Assembly: GCA_008632985.1 (NCBI GenBank)
Contig: QPGO01000003.1
Coordinates: 558,001-622,000, forward strand
DNA length: 64,000 nucleotides
DNA from: Psammoneis japonica
Taxonomy: Eukaryota
Direction of reading: 5' to 3'
Positions 24,600-39,589 of the stretch are shown here, in pieces (positions within the stretch are counted from its first letter, which is position 1; every line of letters begins with the position of its first letter). The notes beneath the pieces were generated by a model. That model ran no database searches and was not told the DNA's origin. It saw only the letters and a program-made list of their open reading frames with translations. Both the position numbers and the translations under genes were made by a program.

Positions 24600-27500
24600 T
24601 GCCAGGAGCCAGAGCATCTGTTGTGTGCCTGCACCAAGAGCATCACACAACAACATCTTGTTGTGATGCTCTTGGCCCTTGCCAGAAACAAGTTTTTGCC
24701 TTTGACCTCTTGTGAAATCTGCCTTGACATCAAATGCCAAGTGACAGCTGGTCCCTTGACAACCTCTCTGGTTTGCTCCAGAGCACGTGCTTTTTTTCAA
24801 TCCACAATGATTGTTTGGCACCTGCCTCTGTTCACGCCAACAATGAAGGCATTGCCACTCCCCTTCATGCAACAACCTTTGCCATTGAAGTTGAACAGGA
24901 TGAGCACTGCACTGTGGGGAAAGCCTTGTCACATGCTTCCGACAAGCTTCCAACCAATGTGGTCATGGCAAAAACATGATGCCTTTCCCCCTTGGCCTTT
25001 TGCAATGTTCCTGTCAAAACCCAGGCTCAATGCAATGACACCACCTTTGTGGTTCCTCCATTGTGCACTTCTCCTGACATGATGTTCTGCTTCAAAAACA
25101 AGCTCAAGGCTTTGAAAGGAGTGCAAGAAATTTTTCTTCCCACCTTGGTCAACAGACGATGCAACATTCTGGTCAATCACACTGATTTCAGATCAGCCAG
25201 AGCTGCAATCTCCACATGCATTTTGAACTTAATCCCAAATCTCCTGAACAAATCCCAACCTTCTCCTCCCTTTCTGGATCACCCCCAAGAAGTTTCTGGT
25301 GTCCTTGAAGAACAATCGGACAAGAGCAAATCTGTCGTGTTGGCCAGCATCTGCAGTCTTGAATCCCTGACCTTTTTGGATGTTTCTCCCTTGACAGACA
25401 CCCAAGCTTCTGGTGCACATCATCCTCCTCCGCTGCCATCTCACCCTGGCAGAGGCTGTGCAGGGAGAGGCTCAGGTTGTGGTGCTCCCCAGGGCTCTTT
25501 GGTTCCTCCACAGATTTACACTCAGCTGTCCTCTTGTGCTTCATCAACTTTCGGCCATTCTGGATGTCCAGGCACAACTTCTCCCCAGTGTTCCTGTGCT
25601 CAAGCCACTCAGTCTGTCTTGAGCTTTTCTCTCACTTCAACACAAATGGCTGAGGTGCAACACACTTTGTCCAAGATGCAAGAGAAAAATGACAAGGCTT
25701 TAGAAGAGATCCGCCAATGGCACTCCCAGGACATGGAAGCATTGAACTCCATGTTTGCCAAACAACACACCCAAGACATGGCAGACTTGCAGTCACAGCA
25801 TTCCCAGCAACTGGCTGGTGTGCAGGCACAGATGGATCGCTCAGAGCTCCACCAGAAAACATCCAAACAACATGGAAATGCCAGATTGCTCTGGAGATCT
25901 TTGCAACAAGGAGAAGGATTTTTATGAAGGGGTTGGACTTTGCTGCCTCCACCCCACAAACAATCAGGCATCCTCTGGATGTCTCTCCATGTGCACGTTG
26001 TTGCTTGCTCTCACCCACATCTTTCACCACACATCTTGGTGCTGACAATTTGTTTCTCTTCCTGCATTCACTTTGATGCATTGCTCTAAGCCCCAGTCTT
26101 CTTCTCAGAGGAGCGCGGCCCACTCATGAGCATTGAAGTTTACTGCAACTGCTCTGCACAAGCCTGGCAGTCCATTTTAGATGGCAGACACTTCAACCCC
26201 CTGCAGAACGTCGCATTGATTTCTCTCACCTTTGAACAAATGAATTGATTGGTGATGATCTCAAACCAAAGCTTCCTCATCACACTGGACTGTGTGCCTT
26301 CAATGCCAACAGGTGTGAATTGGACAAAAGAGGTGGAGATGTTCTGGGCCATTGCCAGATTGCCAATGAGATTCAAGCTGATGCAGTTGGCATTTCTGAA
26401 GCATGCCTGGACACTGTTCAGCATGACGTTCTTTCACCTTGTTGGTCCACTGTTCAAAACATGCAAGTCATGGATGGAGCACATTCTCGTGCAGCTCAAC
26501 TGCTTTTGCAACTTGATGCAAGCCCAGAGGCACAGCTCTTTTCTTGGCAAACTCTATTTCTGCAAGATGTTGGAGTCAGGAATCAGACCCGCTGGGTTGC
26601 CAGTCCATCCAAGTCTTTGATGGATGCAATGGCTCACAAGTCATGTTTGTGTCGTGTTGTCATGTTTGTTCAAAGAACCAAAAGATTCCTGGTTGCACCA
26701 CTGCCTGTGCCCAGCAGGCATCATCATTGTGCCAACAAGGCCACCAAAACACAGATCCTTGGAAAGCTTTTTGCTTGGATTTATCTCGATTGCTCCAAGA
26801 TTTTCTCACAGGTCAGAATGGCAAGGTGATCCTCTTTGGAGATTTCAATGCTGACTTTGTGGTCAACACTGAATCTCTGGCATTGCTTTCACAAAGATTT
26901 AATTTGTCAGATGCACTCATCAAGAACCTGATGGGCAACATGGAATTTTCAACATGCACTTGAGGTTCAAAGTGATTAGACTGCACTCTTGCTGCCCCAG
27001 GCGCCCTGGCCACTGCTTGTTTCAGAGGCTGCGAGGCTTTTGGGTGTCATGTCACTTCTGATCACTGCACCTGCCACATGGATTTTGACACTTTGGCCCT
27101 TTTTGGAAACCCCGCTGTTGATCTCTTGAAAGCCAGTCATCAGGACATGCTGTCTTCCTTGAAACCCCAAGTGACAGCACACCTTGATGCCATTGGTCCA
27201 ATGCTTGCCAGCAGGGACATTCTGTCCAGATCAAGAGCACTTCTTGAACTCAACACTCCCAATCATGAGTTGGCAGAGCAATTGGATCAAGACCTTCTAC
27301 AATTTTCTTTGGCCGCTGCAAAGAAATGTCAAGCACACCGTGAACCAGAATGGTCCATCAAACTGGCACAGCTTTGATGCCGAGTTTGCATTTTGAGCAG
27401 AGTGATTTCCATGATGCGCACTCACATCAACCATGTCAGCCATGTTGGGAACATCCAAAATCAGATTGAGGGCTCATTTGTCATTCCTGAGACCTTTGCG

Positions 27501-30500
27501 AAATGTCAGGCTGCCCTTTGTTTGGCCCAGTCTGAATGCCAGAAGGTGGCTGCAGCTGGTGTCATGCACAGAGAATGGGAGATGGCAGAGAAAATGGCAG
27601 CCTTGGAGCTAGAAGGTGCAAAAGCTTCCAAGAGAAAAGCCACTGTCCTGTGCAACATGCGAAAAGCCAAAGAAATCAAGAAGCCATTCTGCAAGACAAA
27701 GTTCTGCAAGGCCAATTGCCACATGGGGACAAGCAGCACACAGGTGCCCTGCAACCCCTCTGTGAACCCCAAAGAGTGTGAAGAATGGGTTGCAATTGAT
27801 GCTCCCATTGATGTTGCCACTGCTCTTTGACTTTGCAATCAAAAACATTTGGGACAGGCCCACAGCACTCCCCCTGCTGTTCCCCCCTTGTTGGCAGATT
27901 TGGGTTGCGCAGGTGACACAATCTCTGCAGACCTCATTCTTGCTGGTGACTGTGACACAGATCAACTTGGTGAAGCTGCTTCTTGGTTTGTCCATCATCT
28001 CAAACGTTGCTCTCCAGTGTCTGTTTCTTCCTTCCTTGCTGCAGCAGACCTGGAAGGAAAATTAAAACCTGGACAGAGTCCACGTCCACCTCCATCAAGT
28101 CGGGTCTTCATTTGGGTCATTGGAAAGCCATGCATGCATCACACTCCCATTCTCAGGCCACTGCCCTGATGGTGACCCAACTGATGACTGCAAGCATTTG
28201 GATGCGGCACAACATGTCCTCACTCAAATGCGGTTGAAACTTTTAAACTGCGCTCTTTGGTGGGGATGCTCCTGCAACCAATGGAAAGATGTTGTTGATG
28301 TTGTGATCTTCAAGGAAGCTGGGAACAACAAGATCCACCAATTGTGTGTTGTCCACATCTACAAAGCTGACTTTCAGTTGATTTCTAGTGTCATGTGGCA
28401 TTCTCTCACACAGAACATGGAGCAACGCAAACTTTGCAATCCAGGGACATGCGGAACTTGTCCATTCTTGAATGCAAATGCTCCAGTGCACCTGGAGGAG
28501 CTGATGCTCGAATCAGCAGGGCATCCAGAAAAACTGCCATCCACAGCAACAATGATTGCACTTCTTGCTGCAACAGGAACATTCTGGCTCTGGCAGCTCT
28601 CAAGAGTTGCAGCAATGGCATGCCAAAAGCAGCAACCCAGACAGCAAACCAAACCCTGCAGCAGGCACGATGCTGGCTGAAGACTGCAATGAGATTGTCC
28701 AAATCATCATGCTCTCATTCTGCGCTGCTTCTCCAATTCATGGCACAGGCCAAGGTGGTGCGGCACAACTCCCCCTTTCATTGGAACCAAATCTGCAACA
28801 GCCTTTTCCAGATGTTCAACAAACATGCCCATGGCACAATTTTTGAGTTGCCCAACCATTTGGTGTCCATGAGAATTTGCAATTGCGGATGCATCAACAC
28901 AACACTTCGAAGCAGGTTGACAATTTCACTGCCTCCCTGCAACCTTTGGCATTGGACTTGGCCTTCAAAATGCAGGAGGACAACCAACTTTGGTGTGATC
29001 TGCTGAACACAGCTGGACATGAACTTGAACTCCCCAAATGCTCCTTTCACATCATCGAATGGCATTTCATCTATGATGGAGAGCCGCACCTGTGTGCATG
29101 CAATGACGAAGTTGGCATTGATGTCTCTTCCACAGATTGTTCCCACACACAATCCAGTGTTCAGCCATCTGCACACACCTCCCACAAGACCCTTGGACAC
29201 TGCAAGGCTCCTGTTGACACCCAGGAGACTCACTGCAAAGCACTCAAGACAAAGAGCAACAATGTCACACTGTTCCTGAGGTTGTGTCCTCTTGACAGGC
29301 ATGAGCAATGGACTCACTGCTTTGCTTGCTGTTTATCCAGCATGACTTGCAACCTTCTGAATGCACATTTTGCTCCAAAGGAACTGTCAGAGATTTAAAA
29401 GAAAGCCATGCGAGTTGTTTTTGCAAAATGTGGGTGCAGCCAAAACACCAAAAGGGATGTCCTTTATGGTCCTTGCTCATTGGGTGGCAGCAGCTTTGGG
29501 TCCTCAGACATTGAACAGGGTGTTGGTCAAGTTGTGCAATTCCTGTCTCATTGGCAAGGTGTTGGTCAGCCTTCTACATTGTCTTGTGTTGCTGTTTCTT
29601 GGGTCCAGTTTCATCTTGGCACTGGCACCAGTTTCCTGAAGGACACCCATTCCAAACTGCCTGACTCAGAGTCCAAGTGGTTTGTGTCTCTCCAAGCTTT
29701 CTTGTCCAGAATCAATGTGGGTTTCGAATTGGATGACTTTGGTGTGCTTCCTCTCCAATGGGACAATGGTCAATGTGTTGTGGACTTGGTCTTGGACTCT
29801 GGAGTTTTCTCCAACAGGGAGGTCTGATGGGTGAATTGTTGTCGCTTGCATCTCAATGTTCTCACAGTCTCTGACATTGCTTTGCCAGATGGCCATTTTC
29901 TTGACCAACAAAAGTTCATCGGCCAGCACTCCATCCTCAGCAGCACATCTAAGTTGAATCCAGTGGAGCAGGCCCTCCCGTCTTCTTGAGCATGGAAACA
30001 ATGGAAATTTTCTGTGGTTTGTTGTGCAGTGGTGACACCATGGAGTTGCACAACCCGTTGGGCTCTTGGGCAGTTCTTCCAATGAGATGCGAGTGCAATT
30101 CCCAGTGCACTGGCAAGCCTGCCACAGATCACTCACACATTCAATCTCCCAAGGGTTTTCAAAATTGTCCTCTCAGCCAAGGCATGCCAGTGAAATTGGT
30201 CCTCTCAATGTCATCCCAGACTTGTCTCCTTCAGCATCCCCAGTTGCGGTCGGCACCATTGAAGACAGCAGATGGCACATTCAATCTCGTGGCACCCCAT
30301 TTGATCTTTCCCCCACACTGCCTGTTCCATCAAATTTCCAAGATTGGTTGGTGTCTCTTCCCTCTTGGGAATCGTCCTTGTTTGCGGAAGTTTCTCTTCA
30401 CGCTTTGTTTGGAAATTGCTGAGTGCTTGTGCCTTCACCATGCTGCAGCAGCAAGTGACGGGTCTGTTGTTGGCTTTAATGCGGCTTTCAGGTGGACTCT

Positions 30501-31950
30501 AAATGTCAATGGCATCATGTTGGTGGACTGGGCCAGTCCAGTTTTTGGTTGCCGCCCTTCTTCACACCGCGCCAAAGCATGCACATGTGCTCTCCTTTCT
30601 TCAATTTGTCCTCAGAGTTGTGGAACATTGTCAAACAGCCTTCACTTTGGGCATGGCCTTGCACTGCAACAACTCAGCCATGGCAAGGAACATTCCAAAT
30701 TTACAGACCCCTCTCCCTGGTCCCAATGAAGACAACCCTTCCCAAGCTGTCAACTGCCACCACTGTTTTCACGTCACCAACACCATGTTGGTCAACTGGG
30801 ACACAGTGAATGAAATCTTTCACTTGGTTGCTGGCCCAGCTGAAGCACCAATGTGCACTCAAGTTGAAGTGCATTGGATCAAGGGACACCAGGACAACAA
30901 GTTTCTCTGTGACAGCTCATCTCTTCCTGCACAGATGAACATCCATGCTGACCAAATTGCTGGTCTGTGTCAAGGAAAATTTCCCGGCGATGCATCAATT
31001 GCTCCTTGCATGCCACACTGTTCAGCCAATCTCATTGTCTGGGGATCATTGGCACATTCCAATTTCAAGCCTGTTCTCCAATGTGAAGCTTTGAGTCCTG
31101 CCTTGGTGAAACACATGAAGGAGAAGCATCACTGGACCAGTGAGGTTTTCCAACTCATGGATTGGCCCGTTCATTCCAAACTTGTGTCTTGCAACATCCA
31201 CAGGTGAGCAAGCACTGTCAAGCTGGTTCAAGACTTGCTTCCTGCCAACAAGATTGTTCACAGGTGCAACACCATTCAACCCAATTGTTGCTTTTACTGT
31301 CAACACCCAATGGAGGACAGGGATCACATTCTCTGGTGCCCACACAATGAAGCATGGAGACCTTTCTTCAAGGATTGCGCAAGAAATGTGACAACATTCA
31401 CACATCTCCTCCCATGTGTGATTTCCTGATTGGTGCTTTGGAGTCATGGTTCAGCAAAAGTGTCATTTACGTGGATGAACTTCATCATGGCATGTTGGAA
31501 ACATTTCACATGCAAGAGCAGATTGGCTGGAGACACTGCTGTTCAATGGTCACTTTTCCTCCTGTTGGAATGAGGTGCACCTTGTTCACTTGAAGATGGT
31601 TGCAACTTTTGACTGCGATGCCTCTAGAGTTGACTGCTGGGCTGCAACTGTTGGCAGTTACATGTGGAACCAGTGGCGGGAATTGTGGGGCCAACATGAT
31701 GATGCAATCCATGGTCATGATTCAGAGTCCAGCAAATCAGTGCAGCATTGGGACACCAAGGCAGAGGTCAAGGCTGTGTGCTCTTGGTCTGGCAATCACT
31801 TGGCCAAGGACCAAGCAGAACTTTTTGATTCCATTGAGGAGCACCTCACTTGTTCTGTTCACAGGCTCCAAAACTGGTTGTTGGCTGTTGTTCAACCCAT
31901 GTTTAAATCCAGCATTTGCGAGGCAAAACATTTGGCATTGTGAGGAACAC
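24600..31950 (+). mobile_element. Non-LTR retrotransposon (LINE, Ambal-like with RNase H), decayed
   Basis: ORF1 remnant with coiled coil (24992-25927). APE endonuclease motifs (ADAVGISE, ILFGDFNAD, GSK*LDC, SDH); RT (IHGTGQG); RNase H (ASDGSV, SSHRA, HWIKGHQD, MNIHADQIA); C-terminal C..C......DHILWC. Many stops and frameshifts. Confidence 0.85.
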
Positions 31951-32299
31951 GCACAATTGCCAGTTGCTTTGGTGTGGCATCACCTGCTGGTGATGCTGTT
32001 TCAGGCTGATCGCCACATGCCCCTGCTGCACATCAGGTGTGCTGGGGGTGTGGGTTAGCTTGTTGCCAGAGTTGCAGGGCAGAAGCACAGCAGCACCTTA
32101 AAAACAGATTTCAGGTTTTGTTTTGGGACACCATGTCTTCCAACATGGTGGCCAGATCCCTGCACTGTGCACAAAATTTGCACATGATGTTCCTCTCATC
32201 CATGAGAGGGTTCTCCCACACACTTGTTGCACTGCCTGGCTCATTGAGCACATTTTGGGTGTTCCACACAGCTGCCAAGGACTGCAAGGAACAAAGGGA

Positions 32300-35200
32300 A
32301 AGAGAAGGCTGATGAGTGGGGCTTCATGCATGTTGGCTGGCTGGCCAGAAGGGACCCACTCCTGCTGGAACCAAAAAAACTAGATCTGCTGCCTTGCACA
32401 GCTGTTTCTGCCACTTGGGGGTCATCAATCTTGAGTGCAGAAAGATGTGGAAGGAGATCTGATGTTTGATGTGAGCCATTCAGACAAGTTTCTCTAATGC
32501 CACCCCATTGCTGCCATGGGTGGTGGTGCCCACTGCCAGGTCCCTGACTTGAACTCTGGCATCTCAATGGCCTCAAATTTGGGGCAATCCCATCCGGCAA
32601 TGTCACGACCCTTCTGAAGCCAATTGAAGGGGGGTGAGGAGTTTGGGGCCAGGTGAGCCTGCCCACAAACAAATCCACCAAAATAATTTGGGAGTGGCTG
32701 CAAGTCATTGCTCCAAGGTGCAAAGGCATGAAAGAAAGCATCTTTGCTCCAACACTTGTGACACCTTCAGAAAGGACCCCACAAGACACTCCATCAGGCA
32801 GTCCCTTCTTGGGCTGTCATGCGGCCTCCTGAGACGTGTGCAAGGTGAAAAACAAAGCCACATTTGGCCTCAAAATTTTGCAGGCAAACAACCTGTTCAC
32901 AGAAGCATTGGGCTGGATGAAGTGCCCTTGCACACTGCAACTTCTAAGATGGAATTGTCAGTGACAAAATGCAGAGTGGCTCCTTTCAACTCTCCCTTGT
33001 CCCCAAGCTTCTCAATGGCATCAACAGTGTCAGACAACTCACTCCAATTTGATGAGTTCTCCAACTTGTCTTCACCCCACATGCCCACATGGAAGAGGAC
33101 AGATGCATCTTGGGGTCTCAACAGAAAGCAAGGACTGGGATGCATGCCCATGAACAAACAGGTCCATTGCTCCTCCAGCCTGGGAACACGTTCCTTCCCA
33201 TCACCGGATGCTTCTTTTGGACCTTCTCTGCCATTCAAGAAATCTCAGGTGCAGCAACCCAGATGTGTTGACGTCTCCAGTTCCAAGGTGGCACCCCTTT
33301 GACAAAGATGGGGGCTCCATTCCTGGCACAAAGCTGCTGTTCCTTGTTGGCCCAATGCCATGCCAGAAAAGAAGGGAGGGCCCAAGGTCCCAGTTCCACC
33401 ATGTGCTCCCCAAAACCTTTTTCACCACCCCCTGTTGATGGCCTTTGCCACTCCCGTGACTGCAGATTCAGCAAGGTGACCCATTGTGTGCCACACTGAC
33501 ACCTGAGACACATCAAAAACAAATGCAAAGCACAAAGCCTCCACCACTGCAAAGCCAGAGAGCACAGAGCTGGCAAGATGTTCCCAAAAGAAGGGAACAA
33601 AAGAGCAACACACTTGTCCTAAAGCCAGCATGGAGGCACTGCCTCATCATCCTTTGCCACCTTGGCAACAACCAAAGACACATCAATCCACAAGTGTGGT
33701 GGGTGCTGCTGGAGGGTGGGCAACCAGGTGCCCAAGCAAGTTGAAAAGGCACCAGACACTGGGGCAGCCACGGGTGCTGGCACTCCCACCAAGGAGGCTG
33801 GAGCTGGACCCTCTGAATTGGTGACAGAGATGACCGCCTCCACCGGGATTGACAAGATGTGCAATGGGACCGCAATGGCCCCATGTGACCCTTGTGCTCC
33901 AATGCCTCCAAAATGTGACCCAAGCAGAATTGCAACAGGAAATCCCATGCAGCAAGAATTTCATTCAGAGAAAGAGCACAGGAAACCCATCCAGCAGGAG
34001 ACCAACAAGACTGGTGCCTTGCCAGGTGGGCAAGATTCCACAGATGCAAAAGATCACTCTCAACACAAGCCTCACTCAGAAGCCACTCCTGCTGCTGCTG
34101 AAGCACCAACCAATTTACAATCAACAATGTGCCCAACAGACTGGTGCAAGCCCCTTGCAAACAGAGGCACCGGGGTGTGCTGCCAGAACACCAAGGTCCA
34201 AAAAGAGGCAACCCCACCAACTTTAGCATGTGACACTCCAAAATGTTGAAGATGCCCCAGATCCCCTCAGGCCACATGGGACACAAAGGGTGCAACTGCC
34301 CAAACAACTCAAGAAAAGAGGCCAGACCTGACACCAAAGCAACCTCCACCATTGTGATGGTCTGGTGCATGGCTGGCCATGAAATCTGGCTTGATTCAGT
34401 CCTGGGTTGAGACAAGAAGGTTTTGAGAACCGGCTTGCTGCATGGATGTGAGTCAGACTCATCTAAAAACAAATGGATGGATGGATGGCCACTCTGGCTG
34501 CCAGTCACAAGAAGAGAAGCCATGCAGGGGGGAGGGGGCAAAGCAACAACCAGAGAAGAGCATGTGAAAGAGAAGGGTTGTTGTCCCTGAATGACATGCC
34601 TTGGGTCAGGGAGGCCATCAAATGACAAATCTGACTCAAGCTCCAACTCTGAGTCACCAACCAACCCGTTTGACAGTCACTTCTTCTTGCTCTCCAGAAG
34701 TGTCTTGATCCATTTGGACATTTCCTTGAGCTTGTTCTGAAACTTGGCAAGCTCCACATGGGCTGCATCACCCCTGGCCTGAGCCAACTTTGCTTTGGAA
34801 CTTGCACATTTCCAGCTTTCTCAGTTGGCTTTTTGACCAATGCCTGGAGGTCAGCAACCACCTCAAACCCCAAATTTGTTGCCAAAAATTTAACATGCTT
34901 CAATGCCACAGATGGGTGGCCAGCAAAACCATGAGTGGTGCACTCCACCATGACATCTTGAGCACAAGAACTGCCCACAAGATCTTGCTGCCTGCATCAT
35001 CAGGGTTGTTCCCTTTGACAGTGATGGCAAATGCTCCCAAGTGGGCCTTGTGAACATCCTCAAAGACCCAGTGAGCTGATGTTGTGGTGAGAAACTAAGA
35101 TGTTTTGTCCAAGAACTTGCTCAACATCTTGAGAGACTGGCAAGTTGAGTCCACAAACTGAGTCAACGCATGCAGAAAAGTTGCTGTGACTTTGACAAGG

Positions 35201-37000
35201 CATCCCCAACTGCCTGGCTCTCCAAGCATTGGCCAATGTCCTCCACAATGTCTGATTGCAGCAATCAAATCTTTGACAAAATGCTTTGTGCCCATGTCTC
35301 CAGATGACCAGTGATCGCAAGCAGGGTGCTGTCCAGTGGGATGGATGCAACCCCATGGCTTTGGTCAATCTCACTGTCCCAGAATCCAGAGTGCATGTGC
35401 AGCATGCGGCATTGAAAACTGGCCAAAGTGCAAGCATCCTCCTCCATGTCTGTGTTCATGCTCATCCACTTTGACCACTGAGACAAGAAATTGTGGAGAG
35501 CCACAGGTTTGATGCCTTTGACACAATCCACTGAGAGTGCCACATCAGCCAAGCACCCATGAGCCACGGAAGGGAATGCTGCACCATCAAAGCCTGGCAA
35601 TCAGTGTGCAATGACATTTCCACCCCCAAAAACTTGATTGCCATCTTGTCCAAATTAGAGCAAAGCTCACTGGCACTTTGATCAAGTTGAGCCCACCAGG
35701 CATCCACAGAGGAGGTGCTTGTTTCCGGCATCCCAAAACTCAAAACCAGTGCCCCCCCATGCTGCTCCTGACATTTTTCTCACACTCAAAATTGCAGCAA
35801 AACCACCAGCCTGGCTTTGGAGGGCTTGCAGCCTGGCATTGAATGTGCTCACAAGACAATTTGAATGATTTGTCCAGTCTGCCCTCACATGCCTGAGCTT
35901 TGCCTGCACTTCCCTTGACATTGAAGTTAGATCTGATCCCACAAGCATTGGCATCAACATTTGCCAAGGTTCCCCAAGAAACAGTTGGCACCTCCAAGGT
36001 TTGTTTGAACCCAGCAGGTGGACAAGAGCCCAGAGTGGCATCCACTTGATCCAGCTTGTGGCCAAGCAACTGCACCATGGCATCAGCAGACTGGATTTGG
36101 GACTTGGTCTCAATGCCTGGCTCAACCGCCACCATGCCCAAATCATGAAGCCCATCCTCTGCCAACTGGTCGACTCAAGCCAAAGCAGATGGGCTCTTGT
36201 TTGCTGGTGGGAACTGGGCTGGGGCAGTGGCAATTGCTTTCTGACACACACTGAAAACCAGGTGAATGCTCTCCCTTCTCTTGGGAGTGCCAACTCAGCA
36301 TCCTTGATGTGAGCAGGTGTCTTGAAGTTGGCCGCTTCCTTGCAATCCCACAACAATGCTCCAAACTCATCCTCTGTGAGACAGTCGTCACCATTGATTC
36401 TTGTCTCACCAACACCTCCACTGACAAAAACCCACCATCCAAGATTGGTTGGCTGAACCCAGTGTTGGGCGTCTTGAGGACAGGCCCACGCTGCTGTCAC
36501 TGGACAATGATGGCAATTATCCCCTTTGTGCTTCACCTTGCATTCTCTCACCTTTGAGACAAAACACAGCACCTCCTCCCTTGATTCCAAGGCACCACAA
36601 TGTGTTGGTCCCTTCCAGCCAGGTGATGCAACAATGAGGCACATGCCATGACAAAGGAGATGCACCTTTGCCCTCCACCATTGCTGCACCTTGGGCAGCC
36701 ACTCCTCATCCAAAGAGCCAAAAAATCCAACCTGCGGAACTTGGGCTGGAGGCTGGCCACATGAAACTTGGCCTCTTGCAAATGGCTGATCAACAGCCGG
36801 TTGGGGGGGGGGGGCATGAATTCTCCCATTTCTTTGTCAACATCAGCCTGAGAATCACCATGACCACCAAGACCCGACTCAACATTTGAGCCAGACAATC
36901 CAGATTTAGCCCCTCCTGACCCCCCTGAAGCTCTGCCCATGGAGGGCAAGCCTGAGGAGAGGATGATGCAGGAGAGCTGGACAAGAATGGGCCACATTTA
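32300..37000 (-). mobile_element. DIRS/Ngaro-like retroelement relic
   Basis: RNase H-like SSNWSELSDTV...LHFVTDNSILEVAVCKGTSSS (32897-33238) resembles DIRS-type RNase H. Upstream ORF fragments are decayed; boundaries approximate. Confidence 0.55.
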
Positions 37001-38199
37001 ACTCCAGTTGAATGGCCAAATTGAAGAATGCATCATTGTCAATGCCACTGGAGGCAAAGAAACCCAGCATGACAGAGGAGAGGAGAGCAAAAAGAAAAAG
37101 AGTGCTTTTCCAAGCTGCAGTGTGATCCAGTCACAGCGACCAGTTTTCCTGTTCCAACAAAGCTGGAAAAGTGAGAGAAAGTAAAAACCAAAGTTTGACC
37201 AGTCACAGTCAAAGAAACAACCATGAACGGTCTTCTTGGATCAGAGGTGCCCTCCTCTGAAATGGAGCCAAAACTGAAACCAATGCTCAAACAAGGGGTG
37301 CACACATGCCAGAGGCATGACATCTCCATCTAAACTTGGGTGCAAAGAGGTTGGAAAAATGCAGCAACAAACTTCATCATGCTGCAAACTGCTGAACAAT
37401 TGTGCAATTCATGTGCCCAAAGGGTGACTCTTGTTGCTTTGGGCACAAAATTCAAGCTTTGTTCATGCAGAGACTGTAGAAAATGCACCACTGGCATTTG
37501 AGAATGTCCAATGATTTGTGCAGATCATGCAGCACAGCACCACAGAGGTCATTTCATGCAACTGCAATGAGATTTTCAATGCCATGTGCTGTGTAGAATG
37601 GACATCTGCGTGAAGGAAGAATGTTGCTTTGGGCAATGATGTTCAACCTTCATGCACGTGAATTTTGCAATTGTTCAGCAATTCACAGCAAGTTGAGTGA
37701 GAGGGTTCAGAGAAGCAATTGGGTGACTCTTGCATGAGCAAAGTCATTGCAAACTCAATGTAACACACATCCTTGGAATCCCAATGACACAAGGATGTTG
37801 TGTTGATGAAGATGTGTTTGTGAAATCCAATGGTTGAAAAGAGTGTGGGAGTTTTCATCATGATTGCACGCAAGTCATTTCCATTGATTTGTGCAGCAAC
37901 ACTTGCACATTTTCTCAGAATGTGCATTCTGTGAAAGGGACCTGGAATCTGCACATTTCCAATTTACCTGTCTCATGTCATGCTGCAGGCCCTGGCTGCC
38001 AGTGCAGCATCCCCCACAGCTTGCTTGCTGTTGCTGTCTTTCTTGTTTGTTTGCAGCAAGTGGCAGAACTTGGAACCATGATTGTGATGATGGGTTGGAT
38101 GGAATGGCTTTGCCAGGCAAATGTGAAAGCCTTGTCATCTGGAAAATGTGTTTGCTCTTGTTCAGGATTCACACTCTCTTGTTGAGAATCCTGTGTTCT

Positions 38200-38530
38200 T
38201 CTCAATTTCTTGACAACTGTCAACAACACCCCCACGGCAATTGTTGGAACCTTCCAAGCAGGATTCAATGCATGATGGAATTTACACTTGTTCTGCACAC
38301 ATTCTTGACAATTTTACATTCCCACACATTTCAACATTTCCTGTGTTCTTAACAACTGCTTGTCAATCATGCACAATTGACAATTGTTTCAACTTTCCAA
38401 GCAGGATTTAATGCTCAATGGATTTTTTTACACTTGTTCTGCACAAATTCTTGACAATTCCATGTTCCTGCGCATTTCAACATTAATTCTGCATCTGTCC
38501 ACAATTAAACTGACCTTCCAAGCAGGAAAT
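38200..38530. repeat. Degenerate tandem repeat, ~125-140 bp unit, 2-3 copies
   Basis: TTCCAAGCAGGA recurs near 38252, 38394 and 38516; TACACTTGTTCTGCACA.ATTCTTGACAATT occurs twice. Confidence 0.7.
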
Positions 38531-39589
38531 GACAGTCAATGAAACTTTTCATTTGCTCCTGTTTCATTCTTAACAACTGCATTTTTGAAACACCATCCTT
38601 GCATTGTTCATTTGAGACAACAATGGTTTCTAAATGTTTTGTTAATTTGTTTGTACATTGGCTCTGTGGTGTTTGTTTTCTGCTGCACAGACAGCTCCAT
38701 TTTGTTGTTTCCATTCTGGATGCCTGACAATGTCCCCTTTATCCCATTCTTGGCAATCTCCTGCATTCACCAATCCCTGTTGTCCTTTGCAGTTCCCACG
38801 CCACCTGTGTGATGATTCCGTCCCTGTTTCTCCTCCCTTGCCACCACTCTTGCTCTCTCCATGAGCATCCACATTGGACAATGACACAGTTCTCCAATGG
38901 CCAATGTTGCATTCCTTCTGTTTGGCCGGCCTGTGGTGTTGCCTGCAAATGGAGAAAGATTTCTGCAAATGATCAGTTTTTGCACATTTTCCCTGCAATC
39001 TTGGCTCACTTGCTGCTTTGGCTCACCTTGTTGCACATCCCCACTGCCTGTCTTCTGTTGCTGCTTGGTCTTCCGGTGCTGCTCAGGTTGCTTGTCTTGA
39101 TGTCTGTTTGCAAAGGTGTGTGCAAGTGTCAGTTGTTTAGATTGTGCATCCTGCCTTCATGCATTTGCCACTTGTTTTGTCATTCTCACCTTTGTGTCTT
39201 GCTTTTAATTCTGTCCCAGCCACCATGCCATGCCTGTCACCATCTCTCTCATGGCTTTTTGCCTTGACTTTTCATTTTCTGTGTCTTGTGAGGGAGGGAC
39301 AATTCGTGTTTTTGGCCAAACTGCAAGCCTCCCCATCCGTTGATTCCTGTCAGCATCTTTTTTTCAGCAACCATTTTGTTTTAAAATTCAATCTTTCCGT
39401 CACAATGCAAAGTTTTGAAAATTTTGAAAGAACCTCAATGAATCATTTGTTCATCAATGTCCATCATTTGTTCAACAAGTGTCAACTTGTCACATTGAAC
39501 TGTTCTTGTCAAGATTGAAAATTTCACATTTTTGCCATCTCCGCACCTTCACTCTCCTGTTTTCTTTCCATTCGGCATTCTCATTGAGA

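Noticed and set aside
38200..38530. Spaced repeats resembling a CRISPR array
   Set aside because: Only 2-3 degenerate long units whose intervening sequence is also similar; eukaryotic context; no cas genes.
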